In this document: positions 16,666 to 26,880 of the stretch, piece by piece | How positions within the stretch are numbered: the first letter of the stretch is position 1 | Layout: the number at the start of each line of letters is the position of its first letter | DNA from: Dehalococcoidia bacterium | Lineage (GTDB): Bacteria > Chloroflexota > Dehalococcoidia > Dehalococcoidales > JAUYDJ01 | Direction: 5' to 3' | Assembly: GCA_020353235.1 (NCBI GenBank) | Contig: CP070693.1 | Span: forward strand, 644,343-708,342 | DNA: 64,000 nucleotides | Program-made: the position numbers and the translations under genes | Notes under the pieces: model-generated | Database searches by the model: none | What the model was told of the DNA's origin: nothing | The model's input: only the letters and a program-made list of their open reading frames with translations

Positions 16666-17697
16666 ATGAAGGTCGGTCTGGTCTATGACCCCATTTATCT
16701 CAAGCACGACACCGGGGGGCATGTGGAGAATGCCCGCCGGCTGAAGGCGATTATGGCTCACCTGGAGCAGACCAGGCTCAAAGCCAAGCTGACCGAAATC
16801 AAGCCCCGCCCGGCCACCACCGAAGAGCTCTGCTTGGTACATGAAGAGCAGCATGTCTTTCATATTCAGGAAGCCGCCGAGAGGGGTGGGGGCTGGCTCG
16901 ACGGCGACACGGTAATGTCGGCCAATTCTTACAAGGCAGCTATCTATGCCGCTGGCGGTGCCATCTGGACAACCGAGGCGGTTATGGACGGCAAAGTGGA
17001 TAGCGCCTTCGCCCTGGTCAGGCCGCCGGGGCACCACGCCACCCCCTGGCGAGCAATGGGCTTCTGCCTGTTCAACAATCTGGCGATTGCCACCCGCTAT
17101 GCCCTAGCTAAATACCAGTTAGAGCGCATCTTAATTATTGATTTTGATGTCCACCACGGCAACGGTAGCCAGGAAATTTTCTATGAAGAGCCGAGGGTGC
17201 TTTATATATCAACCCACCAGTTCCCCCTGTTCCCGGGAACGGGTTATGTTGATGAAATCGGCAGCGGGAAGGCGAGAGGGACGACCCTCAATATACCGCT
17301 GCCCTATGGCTGTGGTGACCGGGAATACGAACTGGTCTTCACCCAGATTATTATGCCCGCCGCCCGGCGTTTTCAGCCCCAGCTCATTCTGGTCTCGGCT
17401 GGCTACGACCCCCACTGGGCGGATGATCTCGCCCTGATGCAGGTGAGCACCACCGGCTTCGCCAAAATAGTGAAAATTATTAAAGAATTGGCCGACGAAC
17501 TTTGCTCGGGAAAGGCGGTCTTCTGTCTGGAGGGGGGCTATAATCTCGACGCCCTAGCCGCTTCGGTCAAGGCTACTCTTGATGTGCTCCGCGGTGAAAC
17601 CAGCCCTGAAGACCGGCTCGGTCAACCACACCAGCCACTGATTGCCGCCGACATTACGCCCCTGATTAAGGCGATAAAAGAAATCCACGCCCTCTAG
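16666..17697 (+). CDS. Histone-deacetylase-family (AcuC/acetylpolyamine amidohydrolase-like) zinc deacetylase
   Basis: RPPGHHA, DFDVHHGNGSQEIF, a GTGY region and SAGYDPHWADDL are HDAC class signature motifs. Confidence 0.9.
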   Translation: MKVGLVYDPIYLKHDTGGHVENARRLKAIMAHLEQTRLKAKLTEIKPRPATTEELCLVHEEQHVFHIQEAAERGGGWLDGDTVMSANSYKAAIYAAGGAIWTTEAVMDGKVDSAFALVRPPGHHATPWRAMGFCLFNNLAIATRYALAKYQLERILIIDFDVHHGNGSQEIFYEEPRVLYISTHQFPLFPGTGYVDEIGSGKARGTTLNIPLPYGCGDREYELVFTQIIMPAARRFQPQLILVSAGYDPHWADDLALMQVSTTGFAKIVKIIKELADELCSGKAVFCLEGGYNLDALAASVKATLDVLRGETSPEDRLGQPHQPLIAADITPLIKAIKEIHAL

Positions 17698-17698
17698 C

Positions 17699-18619
17699 CT
17701 AGGACTCTTCCTTGCCCCGGTGGGGGTAAATCGGGCACTGCTCACACTCTTCACTGCAGGGCTCAACATGGATGGTTACATTAGCCTGACGCAGCTTGCT
17801 GGCGATATCCTGTTCCAGATGGTCACACATCTGATGGGCTTCATCTATATTAAGGCTACGCGGCATCACCAAGTGGAGGTCAATATAACGCTGGTTGCCC
17901 GCCTTGCGGGTACGCAGTTGATGGAAACTGACCAGCTCGCCCTGGTGCTCCATAATGGCTAGATCAATAATATTCTCCTCATCGGGGGACAGCCTGACAT
18001 CAATCAGCCCGCCAAAGGAGCCCCGCAAAACATCATAGGCTACCTTCAGGATGAACAAAGCCACCAGCAGGGCGATGATGGGGTCAAGAATATTGAGCCC
18101 GGTAATGCGTATCGCTATCAGTCCGGCGAGCACGGCGGCCGCCGAGTAGACATCGGCGGCGATATTGCGGGCGTTGGCCTGCAGGGCGATGGAATCGGTG
18201 GCCTGAGCTACTTTCAGCAGGTGACGGGAAAGAAAGATGCTGGCGATTATGGAGACCAGCATTGCCCCGATGCCGGCTTCGGTCAATTCTAGGGTCGCCC
18301 CGGTCATAATGCGGCTCACGGCGGAATAGATAATCAAGCCAGCGACGGTAAAAATGAGCATCGCCTGGACGATGGCGGCAATATTCTCCACCTTGCCATG
18401 TCCGAAAGGGTGTTCCTCGTCAGCCGGTTTGGCGGCTATTCTGACGGCACAAAGGCTAACGGTAACCGCAAACAAGTCAAGAAAGCTATCCGCTGCCTGA
18501 GCCAGAATACTGATGCTCCCGGTGATAGCCGACACCGCCACCTTGAGCAAAACCAACCCGATTACCACCGCTAAAGCAAGCCTGACGACACCAACTCGAC
18601 TGGAAAACATACTCCTCAT
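17699..18619 (-). CDS. Cation diffusion facilitator (CDF) metal efflux transporter
   Basis: Six TM segments with AQAADSFLD and IAADVYS metal-site helices, plus a C-terminal cytoplasmic domain (HQLRTRKAGNQRYIDLHLVM...TIHVEP). Confidence 0.9.
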   Translation of the reverse strand: MRSMFSSRVGVVRLALAVVIGLVLLKVAVSAITGSISILAQAADSFLDLFAVTVSLCAVRIAAKPADEEHPFGHGKVENIAAIVQAMLIFTVAGLIIYSAVSRIMTGATLELTEAGIGAMLVSIIASIFLSRHLLKVAQATDSIALQANARNIAADVYSAAAVLAGLIAIRITGLNILDPIIALLVALFILKVAYDVLRGSFGGLIDVRLSPDEENIIDLAIMEHQGELVSFHQLRTRKAGNQRYIDLHLVMPRSLNIDEAHQMCDHLEQDIASKLRQANVTIHVEPCSEECEQCPIYPHRGKEES

Positions 18620-18625
18620 CTCTGG

Positions 18626-19537
18626 CTAGCTTTTACCATGAAGCGGAAGCCACTGCCAAAACCGACCCCACTCCCCCCTCTCCCAGACCACCAGCAGGGA
18701 AGGGGCGATGCCGATTGAGCTGAAGGTTCCGGCCACGACCCCTATCAGTAGCACCGCGGCAAAATTCTGGATGGATACGCCCACAAAGAGCATCAGGGCT
18801 AAGACCACAAAGAGAGTGGTTAGACTGGTATTGAGGGAACGGCTGAGCGTCTCAACTAAGCTGCGGTTGACCACCACCTCAAAGTCAGGGCTGACCCCCA
18901 GAGTCTGGTTCTCACGTATTCGGTCAAAAACGACCACCGTGTTGTTCACACTGTAACCAATAACGGCCAGAATGCCGATGATGAATTTTAAATCAACCTC
19001 CCAACCCAGCACACCACCGATAATGGAAAAAATGCCCAGCGCCATCAGCGTGTCATGGATGAGGGCAATCACGGCACAGCTGCCGTAGTGAAATGGTTTG
19101 GGCATACGGTGAAATGCCCAGGTAATATAAAGCAAAATACCGATGGCAGCCACCGCCACCGCAATGGCGGCATTCTGTGCCGTTTCCCGGGCTACCATCG
19201 GCGACACAGTATTAAATTCCGTCTCCTGGAGCTGCCCGAACCTAGCAGCAAGGGCTTCCTCCAGTGCCGTTTTCTCCTCCCCAGTCAGCTCGTGTGTCCG
19301 AATAATATAATCGCCCGCCTCGGTATGCTGAATAAGGGCGTTGCCGTAGCCCAGACCGGCTAATTCCTGTCTCAGGTCACCCAGTTCCACCGCCTGCTCA
19401 AAGTTCATCCTCACTATTGAGCCACTGCTGAACTCAATCCCGTACCTCAGGCCAAAGGTGGCCAGCGAAATAAAGCCGACCAGGATAATCAGCCCCGAAA
19501 GAGCAAAGAAGTAGAACCTTTTACCGATAATATTCAA
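18626..19537 (-). CDS. secF: Protein translocase subunit SecF
   Basis: NIIGKRFYFFALSGLIILVG...GIEFSSG... followed by the SecD/F membrane domain. I chose TTG 19537, which follows AGGAAGGAAATAACA and lies 2 nt after the secD stop. The track's 370-aa form overlaps secD. Confidence 0.9.
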   Translation of the reverse strand: MNIIGKRFYFFALSGLIILVGFISLATFGLRYGIEFSSGSIVRMNFEQAVELGDLRQELAGLGYGNALIQHTEAGDYIIRTHELTGEEKTALEEALAARFGQLQETEFNTVSPMVARETAQNAAIAVAVAAIGILLYITWAFHRMPKPFHYGSCAVIALIHDTLMALGIFSIIGGVLGWEVDLKFIIGILAVIGYSVNNTVVVFDRIRENQTLGVSPDFEVVVNRSLVETLSRSLNTSLTTLFVVLALMLFVGVSIQNFAAVLLIGVVAGTFSSIGIAPSLLVVWERGEWGRFWQWLPLHGKS

Positions 19538-19539
19538 TG

Positions 19540-20880
19540 TTATTTCCTTCCTAAGTACGGGCTGAACAGGGAAGCCCGCTGTGCCAGGGCAGTGCCCACG
19601 AACAGGCGCAGCAGGGTACGGGTAACCACAATGGCGGTGAACATGCTTACCGCCACGCCGATGGCCAGAGTCCAGGCAAACCCCTTCACCGGCGCGCCGG
19701 CCACCACCACACTGCCCACCCAGAAGAGAATGGCGCAAACGATAAAGGTGGTTACGTTGCTATCCCTGATTGCCGTCCAGGCACGATTAAAGCCGGCCTC
19801 AATGGCCGCCCCCAAAGTACGCCCCCCTCTCAACTCTTCTTTAATCCGCTCGAAGATAAGCACATTGGCGTCTACCGCCATGCCGATGGACAGGATAAAG
19901 CCGCCCAGTCCCGCCAGGGTGAGAGTGACCGGCCACAGCTTGAACAGCGCCAGGACCAGTACTCCGTAAAAGACCAGCGTCAGACTGGCGATAACTCCGG
20001 GCAAACGGTAGTAAATCATCATGAACAGCATCACAATGATGATGCCGATTATGCCCGCCTTAACACTCATATCAACGAAATCGGCTCCCAGTATGGGCGA
20101 TACCGTCTGGTCATAGAGTATTTCCAGAGACACCGGCAGACGGCCGGCATTCAACTGGCTTGATAATGCTTCCGCCTCAGTAAAGCTGAGCCCCTCAATC
20201 TGCCCCTTATCGGTAATCACACTGAGGACGACCGGGGCAAGCGGTCGGCCATCCTCCCCCCGCAGGGACTCATCCCCCTCAAATATGCCCAGCGGCTGCT
20301 GCCCCTCTACCAGGCGGCTGGTAATCTTCTCCGAAATCAGGCTCCCTTCCTCATCCCACTCAAAAACGAGCAATACGCCACCCAGCCTGTCCTGAGTGAC
20401 AAAGGTATTTTCCTTGAAATAGCGGCTGGTCAGTTCCTTCTTTTCACCACCAACCAACGCCGTAGCCGGCTTCCACCGACCCCGCTCGTTTTCCCACTTC
20501 GCCTCTTCCCCTTCATCAGCCAGCTCGCCAAACTCGAGCAGCGCCACCCGCGAGAGGCGTTCTTTTTCCTTGTCACTGATACTAAGCCCGGGCAATTCCA
20601 CCAGTATCCGGTCCTGACCCTGCCGCTGGATAACCGGCTCGGTAACGCCCAGCGGATTGATGCGGTTACCTATAACCTCAACCACCCCATCCATAACGTT
20701 GTCCACCTCCGCCGGCTCCACCGCCGATAAATCAGCCTGGTAAACGACATGGATACCGCCCTGCAAATCAAGCCCCAGCCGCATTGCCTCCCGACCAAAC
20801 AGGGGGTAGAGAAGGGAAACAATTGCAAAAATAAAGAGGCCGGCGATGCCTATCAGGACCAAGGTATTTTTTCTCAGCAT
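19540..20880 (-). CDS. secD: Protein translocase subunit SecD
   Basis: LGLDLQGGIHVVYQ, a periplasmic P1 domain and a C-terminal SecD/F transmembrane domain (DANVLIFERIKEE). Confidence 0.9.
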   Translation of the reverse strand: MLRKNTLVLIGIAGLFIFAIVSLLYPLFGREAMRLGLDLQGGIHVVYQADLSAVEPAEVDNVMDGVVEVIGNRINPLGVTEPVIQRQGQDRILVELPGLSISDKEKERLSRVALLEFGELADEGEEAKWENERGRWKPATALVGGEKKELTSRYFKENTFVTQDRLGGVLLVFEWDEEGSLISEKITSRLVEGQQPLGIFEGDESLRGEDGRPLAPVVLSVITDKGQIEGLSFTEAEALSSQLNAGRLPVSLEILYDQTVSPILGADFVDMSVKAGIIGIIIVMLFMMIYYRLPGVIASLTLVFYGVLVLALFKLWPVTLTLAGLGGFILSIGMAVDANVLIFERIKEELRGGRTLGAAIEAGFNRAWTAIRDSNVTTFIVCAILFWVGSVVVAGAPVKGFAWTLAIGVAVSMFTAIVVTRTLLRLFVGTALAQRASLFSPYLGRK

Positions 20881-20887
20881 TTTCTAT

Positions 20888-22411
20888 CTATCTCTTTGAC
20901 GGCGTTAATAACTGCTCAATATAGGCCAGTGCTTCGTCTCTGGTGGCTACCTTGCCCGCCGCCTGGGCTTCCCGCAACGCCTCCAGAACCTCCCCCATTT
21001 TCGGCCCCGGCTTCATTTTAAAGATACGGCTTAAATCGTGACCGCTGACCAGCTTGGGCGGAATAACCTGGCTCTCCTGCTGAAAGCGTTGCGTCAGTAT
21101 ATAATCTACTAGCTGAGCATGACCGCGCCACTGGGCTAAATCTAAATTGGGACCCCTGGTGGCAAGATGGTCAGCCAGACTTAAATATAGTATATCAAAA
21201 CTGGTGCCCTCCGTGTCACGAAAATAACGGTAAATTGCCCGGCTGGTGGGAAATTCATTCTGGCCCATCTGCATTGGGCGAAGGTGATGCTCTATCATCA
21301 TCTCCACCAGCTTTATTTCTTTGCTGCTGAAGCGCAGCCTCTCTAGAATACCGGCGGCGACCAGAGCCCCCTGCTGACCATGCCCCAGAAAGCGCATCCG
21401 CCCGCCTGGTTCAATCGTCTTAGCCTGCGGCTTGGCAATATCATGCAGCAGCGCGGCCAGTTTCAGCATCAGGCGCCGGTTGCTGCCGTAGCTGACCTTA
21501 AACTCAAAGTGCTTGGACAGCACTGCCGACCAGGGGACAACCTTCAGAACCTCATCGCCACCATACTCCCAGGTCTCCTGCTTCAGCAGGAAGTCAACGG
21601 CCGCCACGGTCGCTAGGGAGTGGTCAAAGACATTCCAGTAGTGCTCTTTGGGCTGGGCGACCCCCTTTGTCTCCGCCAGCTCAGGAATCATTGCCGTCAG
21701 CAAGCCCAGCTCATCAAGGTAGGCAATCTGCCCAGCGCCGGGGAAAGTCAGTAGCTGAAGCAGCTCCTCCCTTACCCGCTCTCTAGCTACGGTGTCCACA
21801 AGGTGGGCATGGCTTTTAATCAGCTTCTCCGTCTTCCGGTGAATGCTAAACCTGAGCTCAGCTGCCAGACGCACCGCCCGCAGCAAACGGGCCGCATCTG
21901 AGGCAAAGGCTGACGCTGACACCACCCGGACCACCCCCCACTTAAGGTCATCCCCACCGTGAAACGGGTCAATCAGCTCGGCGAGACGGGTTTGAGCCAC
22001 CACCGGAGCCAGCTCAACCGCCATGGCATCGATGGTGAAATCACGCAGGGCCAGGTCCTGTTCAATGCTGCCCCTGAATGTGGAGAAGTCAAGCTGCCAC
22101 TGACGCCCGGAGGGGGGCTTCCCGATCCAGACCACCCGGCCCACCCGGTTCTCTTCATCAAGAAGGACATACTTCCCCCCCAGAGCCCTGGCTAACTGAG
22201 GGGCAATCTCCAGCGCATCAGCGCTAATGGCAAAATCAATATCGGCGGTCTCTCTTTCCAGAATTACGTCCCGTACAAAGCCGCCCACCAGATAAGCCTT
22301 CACGCTGAGCCCGGTGAGAAGACTACTTACCCTGGTCAATACCGCCCGGGCTTCTGGCTCAATCAGATTAAAATGGACTTTTTGCATAGAACTGCGGTTC
22401 ATTGTCATCAA
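20888..22411 (-). CDS. cca: CCA-adding enzyme / poly(A) polymerase-family nucleotidyltransferase with HD domain
   Basis: GGFVRDVILERETADIDF nucleotidyltransferase head, RLLRAVRLAAEL, and an HD domain (LLHDIAKP, HGQQGA). Confidence 0.85.
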   Translation of the reverse strand: MMTMNRSSMQKVHFNLIEPEARAVLTRVSSLLTGLSVKAYLVGGFVRDVILERETADIDFAISADALEIAPQLARALGGKYVLLDEENRVGRVVWIGKPPSGRQWQLDFSTFRGSIEQDLALRDFTIDAMAVELAPVVAQTRLAELIDPFHGGDDLKWGVVRVVSASAFASDAARLLRAVRLAAELRFSIHRKTEKLIKSHAHLVDTVARERVREELLQLLTFPGAGQIAYLDELGLLTAMIPELAETKGVAQPKEHYWNVFDHSLATVAAVDFLLKQETWEYGGDEVLKVVPWSAVLSKHFEFKVSYGSNRRLMLKLAALLHDIAKPQAKTIEPGGRMRFLGHGQQGALVAAGILERLRFSSKEIKLVEMMIEHHLRPMQMGQNEFPTSRAIYRYFRDTEGTSFDILYLSLADHLATRGPNLDLAQWRGHAQLVDYILTQRFQQESQVIPPKLVSGHDLSRIFKMKPGPKMGEVLEALREAQAAGKVATRDEALAYIEQLLTPSKR

Positions 22412-22443
22412 TTCCAGATATGCTTAATCGTCCCTAAAGCTAC

Positions 22444-22473
22444 ACTATACCGCTACGGCATACCTTCTATCAA
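22444..22473 (-). promoter_or_regulatory. Candidate promoter for cca-secDF
   Basis: On the minus strand: TTGATA(22473-22468), 18-nt spacer, TATAGT(22449-22444), about 30 nt upstream of ATG 22411. Confidence 0.4.
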
Positions 22474-22668
22474 GGGGAAATAAAAGCAACCACTAAACGG
22501 CATCAGGCCAATAGAGAAAACCGGCACTTGAAAAGAAGCCTTGCCCAATTGATGGTGGTTAATCTTCTTTGGCAATACTTTTGGCAATGCTTTTCAGGAT
22601 AGTGAAAATGCCAATAGGTCGGGTGTTAAAAACCTGTTAAAATTGAGCCTAGCGTGGCGGAATTTTGC

Positions 22669-25107
22669 CTAATCCAGACTTATCGGGTCAATATCCACCG
22701 CCCACCCCTGGGGAAAGGGTATCTCCGCCAGAAAAGAGGGCAGCTCGGCACCGCGAAGCATAATCTGCCAGCGAAACCGCCCCCGCCGGCGGTGGATAAA
22801 AGCCGGTGCTGGCCCGACAAGGCTCAGGCCAGCAATGCCGCGGGTATCCCTTTCGGTAGTAATCAGCTGCTTCATCCTCTCCGCTTCCCGCTGGCCGCGG
22901 AAATTATTGGTATGGCTAAAAATTAGGCGTGCCAGCTGGGTGAAGGGAGGGTTATGGAGCTGGCGCCGGTAGGCGAGCTCCTGTTTATAGAAGAGGGTAT
23001 AGTCATGTTTGGCAGCAGCTTGAATGGCATAGTGCTCCGGGGCATAGGTCTGGATAATAACCTGCCCCCACTGACTGCCCCGCCCGGCTCGGCCCGCCAC
23101 CTGACTCAAGAGCTGAAAGGTCCTCTCCCCGGCTCGAAAATCGGGCAGATTCAAGCCGGTATCAGCGCTAACCACCCCGACCAGAGTGACCAGGGGTAAA
23201 TCCAGCCCCTTGGCAATCATCTGGGTGCCAATCAGGATATCAGCCTGATGGTCGCGGAACTTGTTCAGGCTTTCCTGATGGGCATGCTTGCCTTTAATAA
23301 CATCACTGTCCCAGCGCAGCCGTCTGGCCTGGGGCAGGACATAGCCGGTCTCCTGCTCCAGCTTCTGGGTACCTATGCCCAGAAACTTGATGCGCCGGCC
23401 TGAGCAGCGCGGACAGGCCTGGGGCACTGCCGTCCGGTGGTTGCAATGGTGGCAGACCAGACTGTTTTCAGCAAGGTGATAGGTAAGGGTAACCTCGCAG
23501 CGCCGACAGCGATAAACAAAGCCGCAGTTGCGGCACTGAATAAAGGTAGCCGCCCCCCGCCGGTTGAGAAACAGAATCACCTGCTCCCGATTGACTACAG
23601 CTCTGGTCATCGCCTCGGCCAGAGAGCGACTGAACAGGCTTCGATTGCCCGCCTTAAGCTCCTCCCTTAAGTCAACGATTTCAACCTCAGGCAAGGGTGA
23701 GCCCTCAGCCGGGGTAACCCGCTCCGGAAGCCGGAGCAGCTGGTATTCCCCCCGCTCGGCACGGTAAAAGGTCTCTACATCGGGGGTGGCACTGCCCAGA
23801 ATAACCACCACGCCGCTGAGCTCCGCCAGCTTTATAGCTGCCTGGCGGGCATGGTAGCGGGGCGACTTATCGTGCTGCTTGTAGGTCCACTCATGCTCTT
23901 CATCAATGACAATGAGGCCCAGTTCAGGCTGCGGGGCAAAGAGGGCACTCCGCGGGCCGATAACGACATCAAACTCTCCCTTGCGGATTCGCTGCCAGGT
24001 ATCAAACTGCTCTCCCAGAGATAGCTTGCTGTGGAGCACGGCTACCCTGTGGGGGAAGCGGGCGGCAAATCTCTCTATCGTCTGGGGGGTGAGCGAAATT
24101 TCGGGGACCAAAACAATGCCCCGCCTGCCCCGCCTCACCGTTTCCGCCAGCGCCTGGAGATAGACCTCAGTCTTGCCGCTGGCGGTAACCCCGTGGAGCA
24201 GAAAAACGGCCGATGAAGCCCCCTCAGTATTAAGCAAACTGGACCTGATGCGCGCCAGGGCTGATTTTTGCGCTGCGGTAAGCGTCAGCGGTGTTGAAGG
24301 CGTAATCCCCTCATAAAAACCCGGCTCACGCCTTACCTCAACCTGCTGAAAGTGAGCCAATCCCTGGCTGACCAGAGCCTGAGCCACCGCTTTATCAGTC
24401 TTGACCGCCTGCCTCGCCTCCCGCCAGGACACCGGCTGCGGCTGGTGAGCCAGAAAGTCGAGCAGGGCAGCCTGCTTGCGAGCTCTCTTCTCCCGCAGCT
24501 TAACCGCCGCCTGCCTGGCCTGGTCAATGGCCACCGCCAGACCGAGATAAAGCTCCTTTTTGGGCTTTACCCGGAGCGGCTCCATCTCATAGCTTCGGAC
24601 CAGTAGCCCCCGCCCAACCAGCTGGGAGACAAGGCTCGGCGCCTTTTTCTTGCCCAATACCTTCTCCAGTTCCTTCAGGGAAACCCGGCTCCGCTCCTGA
24701 ACCAGGTCAAGGACATATTTCTGTTCTTGATTAAGGGAGGTGGGGTCATAATCGCGCCGCTTTGGGGGCGGGGTGACGAAAGTGAGCACCTTACGCTCAA
24801 AACCGGGGGGTAGCATCAGAGCCAGGGCGTCAAAAAGGGGCGATAGATAGTATTCACTCAGCCAGCGGGCTAAAGATAACTGATGGGGGGCAAGAATGGG
24901 CTGGGGCTCGATAACGCCAGCAATCTCTTTGGTCTCTTCAACCACCGGGTGAGTGGTCAGTTCGGTAACAATACCCTGGAGAAGCTTCTCGCCGAAGGGA
25001 ACCCACACTGCCTGCCCGACGGCGACCTCTAAATCGGGGGGTATAATGTAGCTGAAGGTCCGGCGCTGGGCAATTGGTGAATTAACACTAACCTCAGCAT
25101 ACCCCAC
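22669..25107 (-). CDS. priA: Primosomal replication-restart helicase PriA
   Basis: N-terminal 3'-DNA-binding domain, helicase motifs (GVTASGKTEVY, DEEHE) and the Cys-rich insertion (CRNCG...CRRC...CHHC...CPRC). Confidence 0.95.
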   Translation of the reverse strand: MGYAEVSVNSPIAQRRTFSYIIPPDLEVAVGQAVWVPFGEKLLQGIVTELTTHPVVEETKEIAGVIEPQPILAPHQLSLARWLSEYYLSPLFDALALMLPPGFERKVLTFVTPPPKRRDYDPTSLNQEQKYVLDLVQERSRVSLKELEKVLGKKKAPSLVSQLVGRGLLVRSYEMEPLRVKPKKELYLGLAVAIDQARQAAVKLREKRARKQAALLDFLAHQPQPVSWREARQAVKTDKAVAQALVSQGLAHFQQVEVRREPGFYEGITPSTPLTLTAAQKSALARIRSSLLNTEGASSAVFLLHGVTASGKTEVYLQALAETVRRGRRGIVLVPEISLTPQTIERFAARFPHRVAVLHSKLSLGEQFDTWQRIRKGEFDVVIGPRSALFAPQPELGLIVIDEEHEWTYKQHDKSPRYHARQAAIKLAELSGVVVILGSATPDVETFYRAERGEYQLLRLPERVTPAEGSPLPEVEIVDLREELKAGNRSLFSRSLAEAMTRAVVNREQVILFLNRRGAATFIQCRNCGFVYRCRRCEVTLTYHLAENSLVCHHCNHRTAVPQACPRCSGRRIKFLGIGTQKLEQETGYVLPQARRLRWDSDVIKGKHAHQESLNKFRDHQADILIGTQMIAKGLDLPLVTLVGVVSADTGLNLPDFRAGERTFQLLSQVAGRAGRGSQWGQVIIQTYAPEHYAIQAAAKHDYTLFYKQELAYRRQLHNPPFTQLARLIFSHTNNFRGQREAERMKQLITTERDTRGIAGLSLVGPAPAFIHRRRGRFRWQIMLRGAELPSFLAEIPFPQGWAVDIDPISLD

Positions 25108-25130
25108 TGGTCATACTCCAACCAGACCGC

Positions 25131-25541
25131 TTACGCCTGCTCTGGCTCTGGTTCCGGTTCTGGCTCTTCGGGTTCCGTTTCCCCGACTTCCTTTTCGCGA
25201 CCGACCTGTTTCTCTTTGATGCGAGAGGCCTTGGCACTGAGTCCGCGCAGGTAGTAAAGCTTAGCCCGACGCACTTTCCCATGCCGCACTATTTCCACTT
25301 TTTCCACCAGTGGGGAGTTTAGGAGAAAGGTGCGCTCCACGCCTACCCCGTAGGCAACACGCCTCACCGTAAAGCTAGCCCCGGCGCCACCACGGCGGAC
25401 CCTGATGACCACTCCCTGAAATACCTGGGTGCGCTCCCGGTCACCTTCCACCACCTTATTGCTGACCTTGACCGTATCGCCGGGGGCGAAGGCTTGAATT
25501 TTAGGATTTAGTTTGACATCAACTACTGAGGCAATATCCAT
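25131..25541 (-). CDS. rplS: 50S ribosomal protein L19, with an acidic Pro/Glu-rich C-terminal tail
   Basis: [29 protein letters not shown]...SFTVRR is the L19 core. About 20 extra residues follow ([21 protein letters not shown]). Confidence 0.95.
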   Translation of the reverse strand: MDIASVVDVKLNPKIQAFAPGDTVKVSNKVVEGDRERTQVFQGVVIRVRRGGAGASFTVRRVAYGVGVERTFLLNSPLVEKVEIVRHGKVRRAKLYYLRGLSAKASRIKEKQVGREKEVGETEPEEPEPEPEPEQA

Positions 25542-25588
25542 AACGAAGACTCCCTAAAATTTTATCAGAAAGACGCTCTATAAGTCGA

Positions 25589-26284
25589 CTAACTGTCTTT
25601 ACCTAGACTGACCCTGTCCAGTAGCTCGGGGCGGCGTTCTTTAGTGCGCCGTATCGCCTTCTCCCGACGCCACTTAGCGATTTGAGCATGGTTGCCGGAA
25701 AGTAAAACCTCAGGCACCGACCAACCGCGAAACACGGCCGGACGGGTGTACTGCGGATACTCCAGAAGCCCGTCAGTATGAGAGTCCTCCGCCAGTGATT
25801 CTTCCGAGCCGAGGACTCCAGGCAGCAGCCTGACCACCGCCTCGACGACTACCATCGCCGCCAGCTCACCACCGCTGAGGACATAGTCGCCAATACTAAT
25901 CTCATCGCTAACCAAGTGCTCGCGAATCCGCTCATCAACCCCCTCATAGCGGCCACAGATAAGAATGAGACGGTCGTGTCGGGATAGTTCCTGAGCCACC
26001 GACTGGGAAAAAGGACGCCCCTGCGGGGTCAGCAGGATAACTGAGCAGGTATCTTCGCCTTTGACCGATTCTACCGCCTCAAAAATAGGCTTGGGCTTCA
26101 ATATCATGCCCGCCCCACCACCGTAGGCATAGTCATCAACGGTGTGATGCTTGTCATGAGTATAGTCCCGAATATTGTAAATATTAAGACTAACCAACCC
26201 ACCGTCAACCGCCCGCTTAATGATGCTAGCGCTAAACGGACCGGGAAACATCTCGGGAAATAGAGTCAAAATATCAATACGCAA
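25589..26284 (-). CDS. trmD: tRNA (guanine37-N1)-methyltransferase TrmD
   Basis: [13 protein letters not shown]...[15 protein letters not shown]...[13 protein letters not shown]...[16 protein letters not shown] is the classic TrmD trefoil-knot signature. Confidence 0.95.
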   Translation of the reverse strand: MRIDILTLFPEMFPGPFSASIIKRAVDGGLVSLNIYNIRDYTHDKHHTVDDYAYGGGAGMILKPKPIFEAVESVKGEDTCSVILLTPQGRPFSQSVAQELSRHDRLILICGRYEGVDERIREHLVSDEISIGDYVLSGGELAAMVVVEAVVRLLPGVLGSEESLAEDSHTDGLLEYPQYTRPAVFRGWSVPEVLLSGNHAQIAKWRREKAIRRTKERRPELLDRVSLGKDS

Positions 26285-26287
26285 CGG

Positions 26288-26788
26288 CTATTCCTTCCTG
26301 GGGGTGATATGCTCGGTCATTTCTCCCTTGATAATCTCCAAAGCATGAGGGATGACCGGTAATATCACCTCGAGGCACTCTGTAACTGCCTTGGTGCTGC
26401 CGGGGAGATTGATAATAAGACATTTCTTCCTGAGCCCAGCTACCGCCCGGCTTAGTATGGCGAAAGGGGTCACCTCGGCGGTTTTGGCCCGCATCGCCTC
26501 AGCCAGACCGGGCACTATCTTGTCCAGTATGGAAAGGGTGGCTTCCGGGGTTACATCACGCTCAGCTAGGCCGGTGCCACCGGTAGTCAGAACAATATCC
26601 AGGCTGCCTTCATCGGCCCACTCGGCAAGCTTGGCGGCAATGACGCTGGCTTCATCCGGGATGACCTCGTATTTAAGCAGGCCGGAGTTCAAGCGGGACA
26701 GGCTTTCTTTGATTGCCTGACTGCTCTTGTCATCGCGCTCACCACGCCACCCCTTATCGCTAATGGTAAGTATGCCCAGATTGATCAT
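26288..26788 (-). CDS. mog: Molybdopterin adenylyltransferase MogA/MoaB family
   Basis: GILTISDKG...TTGGTGLAERDVTPEAT...PGLAEAMR...LPGSTKA are MoCF biosynthesis domain motifs. I chose ATG 26788 (MINLG...). Confidence 0.85.
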   Translation of the reverse strand: MINLGILTISDKGWRGERDDKSSQAIKESLSRLNSGLLKYEVIPDEASVIAAKLAEWADEGSLDIVLTTGGTGLAERDVTPEATLSILDKIVPGLAEAMRAKTAEVTPFAILSRAVAGLRKKCLIINLPGSTKAVTECLEVILPVIPHALEIIKGEMTEHITPRKE

Positions 26789-26880
26789 AAAGCGCTTCTC
26801 CCCGGTAACTCGGTATTTTACCACACTCGCCGTGGACTAAGCAAAATGAGGCTAATTACAAGAAATTTTACATAAAGGAC

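Noticed and set aside
18626-19738. The 370-aa version of SecF from the ORF track
   Set aside because: The extra 67 N-terminal residues overlap the secD 3' end in another frame and are Arg/Gly-rich nonsense. A TTG with an SD lies just after the secD stop and gives a normal-length SecF.
22570-22586. Sigma54-like -24/-12 element (TGGCA-N7-TTGGCA)
   Set aside because: The spacing is off by one relative to TGGCAC-N5-TTGC, the -12 reads TTGGC rather than TTGC, and it points along the plus strand, away from both neighbouring minus-strand genes.
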